The position numbers and the translations under genes were made by a program. This document shows, one piece after another, positions 7,903 through 16,266 of a stretch of 29,731 bases of DNA (its first letter is position 1; every line of letters starts with the position of its first letter). The notes below the pieces were generated by a model, which made no database searches, was not told the origin of the DNA, and was given only the letters and a program-made list of their open reading frames with translations. Source of the DNA: a virus; the UHGV virus genome UHGV-2199876; one strand, 5' to 3'.

Positions 7903-9816
7903 ATGAGCAAAGTAAAAATCGGTGAATTAATAAACTCACTTGTTAGCGATGTTGAGTCAATAGATAACTCTGACCGTCCTCAAGGGGAGAAAACAAAAAA
8001 AATAAAGGCTGTTGCATTAAAATTTAAAAATGCATTATTTAATGACAAGCGAAAGTTTAGGGGTAAAGGATTAGAAAAAAGAATTACAGCCAACACATTC
8101 AATGCCTATATGAGCAGGGCCAGAAAACGGTTTGATGATAAACTTCATCATAGCTTTGAAAAAAATATACATCGCCTATCTGAAAAGTATCCTTTATATA
8201 ATGAGGAGCTATTATCATGGCTTTCTCTACCTGCTGCCGATATTCGCCAGAGAATGTCAGCTTTACAGGCAAAATTAAAATTAATTCTCCCTCTATCAGA
8301 AGATTTATCTAATATCAGAATTGGCGATAACAAAAATCATAATAAGTTATTAAAATTATCAAATAAATATAAAGAGTGGCAATTCGCCATTTCTGATTTA
8401 ACTAGCGATAACTGGAAAGATAAGCGCGATTATTTATATAAATTACTACAGCAAGGATCTGCCTTACTTGAGGAGTTGAATCAGCTAAAAGTTAACCATG
8501 AGATTCTCTATCATCTTCAACTAAGCCCTGCCGAACGCGCATCTATCCAGCAACGATGGGCGGACGTTCTGCACAATAAGAAACGTAACGTGGTGGTCAT
8601 TGATTACCCCAAATATATGCAAGCTATTTACGATATTATAAATAGCCCTGCTACATTAAATAATCTAAACACTCGTTCAGGTATGGCTCCTTTGGCATTT
8701 GCACTTGCTGCATTGTCAGGAAGACGAATGATTGAGATTATGTATCAAGGTACATTTACTGTTTCTGGTAAGTATACCGTTGATTTTTTAGGCCAAGCAA
8801 AAAAAAGAACTTCTGATGATATAACCAGAAAAATATATACATTATGCGAAGCAAAAACATTTGTTTATTTAATAAATGTACTTCGCTCATGCCCAGCAGC
8901 ATCTGATTTTGATGATGTCGTTAAAGGTTATGGAGATAACGACACACGCTCTGAAAACGGACGGATTAATGCCATATTAGCAAAGGCTTTTAACCCGTGG
9001 GTTAAATCATTTTTCAAAGATGACCGCCGTGTTTATAAAGATAGTCGTGCTATTTATGCCCGTATTGCGTATGAAATGTTTTTCCGCGTAGATCCTCGTT
9101 GGAAAAACGTAGATGAGGATGTTTTCTTTATGGAAATTTTAGGCCATGACGATGAAAACACTCAATTACACTATAAGCAATTCAAGCTGGCCAACTTCTC
9201 AAAGACATGGAGGCCAAATACTGGAAACGAAAATACCAGGCTGGAAGCATTGCAGCAGCTTGATGACGAAATGCCAGGATTCGCCAGAGGAGATGCCGGA
9301 GTTCGTCTGCATAACACAGTTAAGCAGCTGGTAGAGCAGGACCCCTCTATAAAAATCACGAACAGCACTCTAAGAGCATTCAAATTTAGCCCTACAATGA
9401 TTAGTCGATACCTAGAATTTGCTGCTGATGCTCTGGGGCAATTTGTTGGCGAAAATGGACAATGGCAGCTGAAAATAGATTCTCCAGAAATCGTTATGCC
9501 TGACGAAGAAGAGCTGGAAGCAATACCTGAACAGACGGATGAATTATCAGAGGATGACGATCTGGATGACGACGAAATTGAGATAGAGATAGAGGAAGAG
9601 GAAGAGGAAGAGGAAGAGGAAGAGAGCGTAGAAGAACAGCAACCGCCCGCGCCTTCTTCACCTGTATCTAAGCCGGTATTTAAGCCTGTGAGAAATATTG
9701 GTGATGGATCATACGTTGTTGAATTTCATTATAATGGCCAGAATTATGCTTGGTCCGGCAGTGCAAACAGCCCTATATCAGCAATGCAGTTAGCATGGCT
9801 GACATATTTCGGATAA
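7903..9816 (+). CDS. telN: Protelomerase (telomere resolvase) TelN
   Basis: 637-aa ORF closely matching N15 TelN as I remember it (MSKVKIGELIN..., RITANTFNAYMSRARKRFDDKLHHSF, VVVIDYP, GRINAILAKAFNPWVKSFF). Acidic C-terminal tract. SD GGAGAGG upstream. Confidence 0.93.
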   Translation: MSKVKIGELINSLVSDVESIDNSDRPQGEKTKKIKAVALKFKNALFNDKRKFRGKGLEKRITANTFNAYMSRARKRFDDKLHHSFEKNIHRLSEKYPLYNEELLSWLSLPAADIRQRMSALQAKLKLILPLSEDLSNIRIGDNKNHNKLLKLSNKYKEWQFAISDLTSDNWKDKRDYLYKLLQQGSALLEELNQLKVNHEILYHLQLSPAERASIQQRWADVLHNKKRNVVVIDYPKYMQAIYDIINSPATLNNLNTRSGMAPLAFALAALSGRRMIEIMYQGTFTVSGKYTVDFLGQAKKRTSDDITRKIYTLCEAKTFVYLINVLRSCPAASDFDDVVKGYGDNDTRSENGRINAILAKAFNPWVKSFFKDDRRVYKDSRAIYARIAYEMFFRVDPRWKNVDEDVFFMEILGHDDENTQLHYKQFKLANFSKTWRPNTGNENTRLEALQQLDDEMPGFARGDAGVRLHNTVKQLVEQDPSIKITNSTLRAFKFSPTMISRYLEFAADALGQFVGENGQWQLKIDSPEIVMPDEEELEAIPEQTDELSEDDDLDDDEIEIEIEEEEEEEEEEESVEEQQPPAPSSPVSKPVFKPVRNIGDGSYVVEFHYNGQNYAWSGSANSPISAMQLAWLTYFG

Positions 9817-9829
9817 AGCATACGGTAAA

Positions 9830-9856
9830 GGCACCGAATTATCGGTGCCTTGTTGT
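9830..9856. terminator. Bidirectional terminator hairpin between telN and convergent minus-strand genes
   Basis: GGCACCGA-atta-TCGGTGCC perfect 8-bp stem followed by TTGTTGTGT. Confidence 0.6.
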
Positions 9857-9861
9857 GTGGT

Positions 9862-10026
9862 CTACCTCGCCTGCCCCTTTTCGTCCTCATCCAACTTTCT
9901 GATAGCCGTAGAATCAATACCCGCCGCCATACACACATCAGATGCAACAAACCACGGTTCGCCGTTGATCATCACTACACGAACCTGATGCTCTTCCTGA
10001 AAGGAAAAGACTGCTAACGCGCTCAT
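9862..10026 (-). CDS. Truncated Bro-N / antirepressor N-terminal-domain protein (54 aa; below the ORF-track length cutoff)
   Basis: Hand translation gives MSALAVFSFQEEHQVRVVMINGEPWFVASDVCMAAGIDSTAIRKLDEDEKGQAR, which fits the Bro-N/Ant N-terminal signature (F.F....R....GEPWFVA.DV......D....LD.DEK). Its ATG overlaps the stop of the upstream ORF (ATGA) with a GGAGG SD. Confidence 0.55.
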   Translation of the reverse strand: MSALAVFSFQEEHQVRVVMINGEPWFVASDVCMAAGIDSTAIRKLDEDEKGQAR

Positions 10027-10256
10027 TCAGCCTCCTTATCGCGCAGCAAGTGCGACGAGAGAGACGCAGAATATCCCTGTGCTTCATGCGTTAACTCACA
10101 CGCAATCTGCAGAAGTTTTCCAGCCTCTGAGAGGTAAATCGACGCCTCACAACTGGAGACTGTCCGATGGGCTGATGATACGAGCGCATAGACCTGAGCC
10201 AGACGTTCATCCAACGATTCCAGCAGGCCAACAGTGTTCATTTTTACCTGATTCAT
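10023..10256 (-). CDS. Small protein translationally coupled to the Bro-N ORF (candidate icd-like leader gene)
   Basis: 77-aa ORF with a GAGGTGG SD 4 nt upstream. Its stop overlaps the start of the Bro-N ORF, the same coupling seen for icd-ant in P1 immI. The icd-like label is by arrangement only. Confidence 0.4.
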   Translation of the reverse strand: MNQVKMNTVGLLESLDERLAQVYALVSSAHRTVSSCEASIYLSEAGKLLQIACELTHEAQGYSASLSSHLLRDKEAE

Positions 10257-10423
10257 GCAGCCACCTCGCGCACCGGAATACGGGCAGACAATACCAGGAC
10301 AAACCGGCTGGCGAACTGGCGACGAGCTTCCCGTTCAGATGACGCGATAGTGGAAAGATGATGAATGTGGGACTTTTTGTCTGTGCGAACGACTGCCGCA
10401 AATTTGAATTTGAACATGGTATG

Positions 10424-10640
10424 CACTCCGTTTTATTGGTCGTGCTACCACCAGAGTTGCGAATCTCTTTATTGGTGGTAGCCCAGGCGGGGTTCGCAAT
10501 ACCGGTAAACGAAGAAACCGGCCCGACCGAAGTCAGCCCCACCTGAGCCACCATAATTCGGATATGCGCAGGTCTATACACACAAAAAAACACGCTGGCG
10601 CGTGTTGTGCGCTTCGTTTTGCCAGGATTGCGAAGTCCCG
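10424..10640 (-). promoter_or_regulatory. Candidate RNA regulatory leader (structured, with mutually complementary heptamers) upstream of the icd-like/Bro-N ORFs
   Basis: About 530 bp with no credible ORF. Perfect 10-bp stem GCTACCACCA...TGGTGGTAGC (10444-10482) with TTGCGAA in its loop; the complementary TTCGCAA at 10495-10501; a second TTGCGAA at 10629-10635. Confidence 0.3.
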
Positions 10641-10797
10641 ACTGCGGGATTTACCGCAGCGAGGTGACTTTACCTCCAAAACGACGCACACGTCAATAAT
10701 TTGCAAAGACATTTTACCCCGTGACCAGTCACGGGGACAGGTGTTTTTATAGTTTGCTTGAACGAGTGATCAGAAGTTGATCGTTAATCAAAGGCCA

Positions 10798-11109
10798 TTA
10801 CGGATTAAGAGAGTGGAAATACCTAACTAACTTACCGGCATCATCACATTTTTCTTTATCTTCTTCCTTAACATAGCCGCGACAGAAGGCTGAATAAAAT
10901 TTCGCATTTTCAGAAGCAAAAGCAGCCGTCGAAAGGAGCAGTTCTTTGCATGATTCTTTTGATGCAGCATCGGGATTATTTTTACATGCAAGCTCCGCTG
11001 ATGAGTTAATAACAGAAATGCTATCTTCCTGGGCATAAACCGCAGCAGAAAAGGCAAAACATAAAACCAAAATAAAACTCTTCACTTTATCTCCTGTAAC
11101 AGTTATCAC
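10798..11109 (-). CDS. Small secreted cysteine-containing protein (103 aa, signal peptide)
   Basis: N-terminal hydrophobic signal (FILVLCFAFSAAVYAQ) and at least 4 Cys in the mature part. SD GGAG upstream. AT-rich relative to its neighbours. Confidence 0.5.
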   Translation of the reverse strand: MITVTGDKVKSFILVLCFAFSAAVYAQEDSISVINSSAELACKNNPDAASKESCKELLLSTAAFASENAKFYSAFCRGYVKEEDKEKCDDAGKLVRYFHSLNP

Positions 11110-11112
11110 AAC

Positions 11113-11520
11113 TCAATCAACTTTTTTAGCATCAGCCATACGCTTCAACCAGTAATCAACAATCGGCTGCTCATCCACAGAATGTTTACCAGGTATAACT
11201 CGCCAGCTATCTTGCGAAAATCTGCCGTACTTACGCGGGAATAGGCCTTTCTTTATCTCCCGCCATGTACTAGGAAAACCATCCACAAAAGTACCAATTA
11301 ACAGGAGAGGGACAAAAATCAGAGCTACAAACCATCGTGCAAGAAAGTGTTCAACAACAACATTTTCACCGTTGTAGTAATACGCATACGCATCCAATAT
11401 GCGAATTTTCCTTACCTTAAAAATAGCCTTATGCTGAGAACGACTTAACTTGATACGAATGTATCCCTTATCCAAAGGGGATTCGTATTTGTATGATTGA
11501 AAAGCCATTTTTAACCCCAC
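11113..11520 (-). CDS. Hypothetical membrane protein (135 aa, one central TM segment)
   Basis: ORF with the hydrophobic segment WFVALIFVPLLLIGTFV. Translationally coupled to its neighbours. Confidence 0.5.
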   Translation of the reverse strand: MGLKMAFQSYKYESPLDKGYIRIKLSRSQHKAIFKVRKIRILDAYAYYYNGENVVVEHFLARWFVALIFVPLLLIGTFVDGFPSTWREIKKGLFPRKYGRFSQDSWRVIPGKHSVDEQPIVDYWLKRMADAKKVD

Positions 11521-11837
11521 TCACCATCAGCAAACAAAGCGTTATACTCTGACAATGGTAGACGGTTGCCCTCGATGTAGAGATTCAGTTCATACTTCGT
11601 CTCCGGGTTTTCCTTGTCGGCTCGTTCCCAACGCTCAGCAGCCTTACGCGCCAATAATTCCACTGCTTTCAGGTAATCCTCCGTACGGAACCAGCCAAAG
11701 ATAAGGCCACGATCTGTTACAGCCCAGGCGACCTTTTTTTCTTCCTCCTGGATAGCCTTAATGCGTCGATCGCATTCATCCCGGCAGAACTGCAGCTGAC
11801 GGTAATCAAGTTTGTCCAAAAATGCAGTAGTAGACAT
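11511..11837 (-). CDS. Hypothetical protein (108 aa)
   Basis: ORF with a GGGGAG SD upstream. Sits in the repA-distal operon. No recognised motif. Confidence 0.5.
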   Translation of the reverse strand: MSTTAFLDKLDYRQLQFCRDECDRRIKAIQEEEKKVAWAVTDRGLIFGWFRTEDYLKAVELLARKAAERWERADKENPETKYELNLYIEGNRLPLSEYNALFADGEWG

Positions 11838-11841
11838 ATTT

Positions 11842-12033
11842 TTACTCCCCGTTCACCGAAAAATCACGATAGAAGCGTTTCCACATACGATAAGTCTGCG
11901 CGAGTTGTTCACCACGAAACATCGCCTTCCTGGCCTTCATGTTTTCCTTGTGAGACTTTCGATCTATGAACCAAAACCATTGCTGGAACACACAAAGCAA
12001 GAGACACAAAGATAATATCCACTGATTACCCAT
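11842..12033 (-). CDS. Small membrane protein (63 aa) translationally coupled to the repA stop
   Basis: The ATG at 12033-12031 overlaps the repA TAA (ATGGGTAA). Sequence MGNQWILSLCLLLCVFQQWFWF... has one TM segment. The ORF track's longer 102-aa version runs back into repA. Confidence 0.35.
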   Translation of the reverse strand: MGNQWILSLCLLLCVFQQWFWFIDRKSHKENMKARKAMFRGEQLAQTYRMWKRFYRDFSVNGE

Positions 12034-15000
12034 AGAAAGCGCCCTGCTCTTCGTAGCTGCATGAGCTATTCCCGGTAATGTATTCTCGTAACCGCCGCAA
12101 TTCATTGCTGGACAAGTGATCCATGAACTCTGTGAGATACAGAGATGCAAACGTCATAGCTATGCTGGCTGATGACCATGATGACATAGTGGCCAGCTCC
12201 TCACCGGAAAGCGCACTCATCGCCCAGGACTCAGGAACAGCCACCGGCAATACGGCCAAAGCCTCAGAAATTACTGAATGAGGGGCGTTTTGAACCTGCT
12301 CGTTTGTGGATCGCGTTTTATCATCCATATATATATTGAGATCCAAATCGCGATCCATTTCGATGGCTGTCTTCTCGGCTTTACGCGTTTTTAGGGTTAG
12401 GCCATCTTTCTGACGCTGAACAAGAATATCCAGCATAAATGCCGCTGATTCAGGCTCAACAAAACGCAAGGTTGGACGCTTATCGCCGTCTCTGCCGCGA
12501 CGTTTACCTGTTTTAAGGCCAAGAGAGTCGCAAATGTTTTTAAACAACGCTTCCGGCACTTTAGGCTTCCCTTTTGGCGTCATAAAACCACCAATGTGCA
12601 GAACGTTATTCAACAGGTCACGGCGTTCGGCTGTCATGAGGTTATCTCGAGCGAATTTGAGACGCTCCTGAGTCGCCTCGCCGGTCATAGTCTCAGGGTT
12701 GATACCGCAGTCGATAAAGTACTGCCGGAGAGTTGCTGATTTAAGCGCATAGAAACCGCGCGCCCCGACTTCAACAGTAGGAGTAGCTTTTACCTTGTAG
12801 TCGATTATTCCAGGGAATTTAGTTTTAAAGACATCATCAGCCTGCTCGCGAGTCATCGCGGTCACTACAAAATATTGCCACTGTCCCGCCTGACGGTATG
12901 CGTAGGTAAAATTGATGGCTGCTTCTTCCCGGTCGTAACGACGAGCTGTTACCTCATCTAAAAGCATTGTTTCATAGCGGCGAACTTTGTCTCGAGCACC
13001 ATCGAAATAGAATTTCAGCGTGCCTTCTTCAACCGGTAGTTTCAGTTCGTTCTCAATATCCCAGCGGACAAGTTTTGCTTGTTCTTCAAGCGTCAGCGCG
13101 CGTTTTTTTAGCAGTTCTTCACGCTCTGATTCTTGTGGAGTTTCTGTATTGAGATGCAGATCCAGTGTCTGTTCCCACACAATATCCCGCGCTTCTTTAC
13201 GCAGATCTTTACCGATATCATTCGCAGCATAATCGGTGGCCAGCGGCGATACCTTATAACCGTCGCTGTGCATGATGCAGATCATGTTGCTGGCGTAGTC
13301 GTTACGCGCAGACGCTTCAATTGCGGCTGCTTTAATTTTCATCCTGGTAAAGTCGGTATTGGCCACCCCCATTGATATACGGTCGCCATCGAAAACGACA
13401 TCCGTCAGTTCACCGTTCATGCCTGCGGTAGCAAGCAATGCCTGGGCGAATGCTCGTTCTATTTTTTGCGGGTCAGTTTCACGTTTTGCGCGAGCTTTAT
13501 CAAAGCCGATAATAAATTCTTTTGCTGTACGGTCGCGGCGTAGCATTTGCACTGCGTCGCTGGGTACAACTTCACCACAGAACATGCCGAAATGACGGTC
13601 AAAATGTTTTTGCTCAATCGACACACCGGATGAAATAGACGGGCTATAAATCAGGCCGTCGTATTTTTTGACCATCTTTTTCGGTTGATTGGTAAATGCT
13701 TCAACTTCTGGCTCTGGTTTGTTTTTCTGGTTTACACACAGAAATTTCTTACCAGGAAAATGCATTCTCAGGGTGGCTGTCACATCTTCTGCAAAGGTGG
13801 AGCTGTCGGTGGCCAACATGATTTTTTCGCCATCCGATACAGCTTTCACCACCTCGGTCATAATGCGATCTTTTTCTGTATAAAAAACCCGGATTGGCTC
13901 ACCTGTTTCGCGGTTGCGAACATCAACAGGTAATTCAATTACGTGGATCTGCAGCCATGCCGGTAAACCTAGTTCTTCACGGCGTTTCATAGCCAGTTCA
14001 GCCAGGTCAACCAGCAGATCGTTCGCATCAGCATCCACCATTATTGGGTGTTGTTCCGTTCTGGCCAGCGCGTCGATTAACGTATTGAATACAGCCACCG
14101 GGTTTTCCATAGCCCGACCGGAAAGAACGGCACGTAGCCCTTGCGTGGCCTCGTCAAAGCCAAAATAGTCGTGCTGGCGCATCAACGGTTGCCAGCAGTT
14201 TTTAACAATCGAGTTTATGCAGATGGTCAGTTTACTGGCGTATGGAGCCATTTCCTGATAGCCAGGGTCCTGATAGTGCAGGATATCGGCTTTTACACCT
14301 TTTCCTTCTGTCATCATTTCCCACAGGCCACCAATAAGGGAAACACGGTGAGCAACAGAGATACCACGTTCTGAGCTATGCATTAAAGGTCGTAACAATC
14401 CAGTAGATTTGCCGGAACCCATACCAGCACGAACGATGACTATCCCCTGTAGTGATTGCACATACTTCAGGACGTCATCGGTCATTACCGAAGTTTCAAA
14501 ACGCTTATAGGTGATATGTTGAGGACGTTTATTGGGATCAGTTATGCGTTCGCTGAATGAGCGCGGAGCCTGGGCAATACGGCACTTTTTATTCAGGCGA
14601 CGGGCAATGTGGTCTTTTACCGTAGCGCGATAGATATTTTCCAGCCCCATTTCACGCAGAACGATGCAGAACATGTTAAATAAGTCTGACGGACTGTTAG
14701 GAACCGGACAGGTTAGCATGCCAATATCCACCGCTCTCAGCAGCTCTTTGGCAAAAGTACGACGGTTATCCCGCTTAATTGTCTTCAGGCGGTTGAGCGT
14801 CAGAGATAGCAAATCAGTGCCGGTTTTCAGGCGGTTTGCAGTTGCAAACAGTTGACGTGCTGTTTCACGAAGTCCACGCAGTTTGTGCAGGTCGTTGAAG
14901 TCACTGCACTCCATTTGCGGATCGTCTTCAAAAGTTGGATAGACGCAGCGGACATCGTTGAATTTCGATAAGATTTCATAGCCAGTCCGCAGGCCGGTAT

Positions 15001-16021
15001 TCCCTTTTCCTTCTGTGGCTGATTTCCGGTCATTATCCAGTGCGCAGGTGATTTTTGCCGCCGGGTACATGTTTACCAGTTGTTCCACAACATGAACCAT
15101 GTTATTAGCGGATACAGCGACAACCACAGCGTCAAAGCGTTTATCTTTTTTCGTGGCAAGCCAGATGGATGCACCAGTAGCAAAACCTTCTGTAACAGCG
15201 ATGTTTTGCGCCCCTTTTAGCTCACCGATAACAAAGCAGGCACCGACGAAATCGCCGCTGGTTACGGCGCTGGTCTGGTATTTTCCACCTTGTTTGTCGA
15301 TTCGCTGCCAACCCACAATACGACCATCGTAACGACCGTCCAGGTGAGCCAGAGGGATAGCCATATACGTGGTTGGCCCCCTGCTCCATTTTGCGCTGTC
15401 GTGACTGGTCACGCGACGCACATCACACGAATTAAAAACGTCACGAATACCTTTTTTAATCGCATATGGCCATGAGCCGTCTTCTGCAGGAGCATGTTCC
15501 CACGCGCTGTGGAATGCCAGCCATCCCAGCAAACGTTCATGGTCCATTTGGTTGTTTTTCAGGTCATTAATTCGTTTTTGTTCTTCACGGCGACGACGTG
15601 CTTCGGCCTGACGTTCTATTCTTGCCCGTTCTTCTTCCGGTTGTGCGACCACGGTCGCATTATTCCGTTGTTGCTCACGGCGATATTCAGAAAACAGGAA
15701 GGAGAAACCGCTCCATGAGCCAGCATCGCTGCCTTTATGGACGAAGTTAATGAACGGGTAATCAATCCCTTTGCTGTGTTCCAGCCGGGAGTAAATTTCT
15801 ACGCGTCCTTTGAGGCTCTTTTCGAGAGCTTCTGGAGATGTTTTATTGTATGAAGAGTAACGCTCAACACCCCCGCGAGGGTTGAGTTGGATGTTGTCGG
15901 AACAGGCAGACCAGTTGATACCAGCCATCTGTGCCAGCTCGGTTAGTTCATCCCGTGCTGCTTCAATTAGCGAGAACGGATCGCTGCCAAAGCGATCCGC
16001 ATAGAAATCGTTTAATGTCAT
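12026..16021 (-). CDS. repA: Replication protein RepA (multidomain primase-helicase, N15 RepA / P4 alpha-like)
   Basis: 1331-aa ORF with Walker A (VRAGMGSGKST) in the central helicase region and a primase-like N-terminal part. Size and position match N15 repA. Confidence 0.9.
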   Translation of the reverse strand: MTLNDFYADRFGSDPFSLIEAARDELTELAQMAGINWSACSDNIQLNPRGGVERYSSYNKTSPEALEKSLKGRVEIYSRLEHSKGIDYPFINFVHKGSDAGSWSGFSFLFSEYRREQQRNNATVVAQPEEERARIERQAEARRRREEQKRINDLKNNQMDHERLLGWLAFHSAWEHAPAEDGSWPYAIKKGIRDVFNSCDVRRVTSHDSAKWSRGPTTYMAIPLAHLDGRYDGRIVGWQRIDKQGGKYQTSAVTSGDFVGACFVIGELKGAQNIAVTEGFATGASIWLATKKDKRFDAVVVAVSANNMVHVVEQLVNMYPAAKITCALDNDRKSATEGKGNTGLRTGYEILSKFNDVRCVYPTFEDDPQMECSDFNDLHKLRGLRETARQLFATANRLKTGTDLLSLTLNRLKTIKRDNRRTFAKELLRAVDIGMLTCPVPNSPSDLFNMFCIVLREMGLENIYRATVKDHIARRLNKKCRIAQAPRSFSERITDPNKRPQHITYKRFETSVMTDDVLKYVQSLQGIVIVRAGMGSGKSTGLLRPLMHSSERGISVAHRVSLIGGLWEMMTEGKGVKADILHYQDPGYQEMAPYASKLTICINSIVKNCWQPLMRQHDYFGFDEATQGLRAVLSGRAMENPVAVFNTLIDALARTEQHPIMVDADANDLLVDLAELAMKRREELGLPAWLQIHVIELPVDVRNRETGEPIRVFYTEKDRIMTEVVKAVSDGEKIMLATDSSTFAEDVTATLRMHFPGKKFLCVNQKNKPEPEVEAFTNQPKKMVKKYDGLIYSPSISSGVSIEQKHFDRHFGMFCGEVVPSDAVQMLRRDRTAKEFIIGFDKARAKRETDPQKIERAFAQALLATAGMNGELTDVVFDGDRISMGVANTDFTRMKIKAAAIEASARNDYASNMICIMHSDGYKVSPLATDYAANDIGKDLRKEARDIVWEQTLDLHLNTETPQESEREELLKKRALTLEEQAKLVRWDIENELKLPVEEGTLKFYFDGARDKVRRYETMLLDEVTARRYDREEAAINFTYAYRQAGQWQYFVVTAMTREQADDVFKTKFPGIIDYKVKATPTVEVGARGFYALKSATLRQYFIDCGINPETMTGEATQERLKFARDNLMTAERRDLLNNVLHIGGFMTPKGKPKVPEALFKNICDSLGLKTGKRRGRDGDKRPTLRFVEPESAAFMLDILVQRQKDGLTLKTRKAEKTAIEMDRDLDLNIYMDDKTRSTNEQVQNAPHSVISEALAVLPVAVPESWAMSALSGEELATMSSWSSASIAMTFASLYLTEFMDHLSSNELRRLREYITGNSSCSYEEQGAFYG
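15644..15659. other. sopC-like centromere site (TGCGACC-AC-GGTCGCA) inside repA
   Basis: 16-bp match to the inverted repeat shared by the four other sites. Same 7-2-7 architecture as F sopC (TGGGACC-AC-GGTCCCA). Confidence 0.55.
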
Positions 16022-16144
16022 TTTTTAGCCATTCCATGCGAATTATGTTTTTTCGGGTTGAAAAAATCCGCAGGAGCAGCCACAATAAACGCATCTTGAA
16101 TTGACGGAATCCGTCGCGTTACTGTGGCTGCTTCCTGAAAAGGA

Positions 16145-16172
16145 CCCGAGTTTGCCGACTCGGGTTTTTTTT
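16145..16172 (+). terminator. Hairpin followed by T8 between cB and repA
   Basis: CCCGAGT-ttgccg-ACTCGGG followed by TTTTTTTT. The plus-strand orientation is the strongest, but both flanking genes are on the minus strand. Confidence 0.4.
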
Positions 16173-16266
16173 CGTCTTTTTTCTGCTGCTGTAACCTGAG
16201 TCAACCCACAGAACATATGCTCTGCATTAAACCAGATTTACAGCAAACAATAAACCCCGTATTAAG

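Noticed and set aside
10718-10738. The hairpin ccccgtgac-cag-gtcacgggg considered as a rho-independent terminator.
   Set aside because: The loop is only 2-3 nt and the T-run starts about 7 nt after the stem. The same GTGAC-N2-GTCAC dyad recurs at two other places without hairpin context, so a protein-binding site is more likely.
10207-10752. ORFs of 128, 62 and 62 aa in the region upstream of the icd-like/Bro-N pair.
   Set aside because: Odd amino-acid composition, no ribosome-binding sites and overlap with the structured repeat elements. The region is interpreted as an untranslated regulatory leader.
12967-15718. Many 60-84-aa plus-strand ORFs antisense to repA.
   Set aside because: All are embedded antisense in a long, well-supported coding sequence. 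They have no SD sequences and a Ser/Arg/Cys-rich random-like composition.
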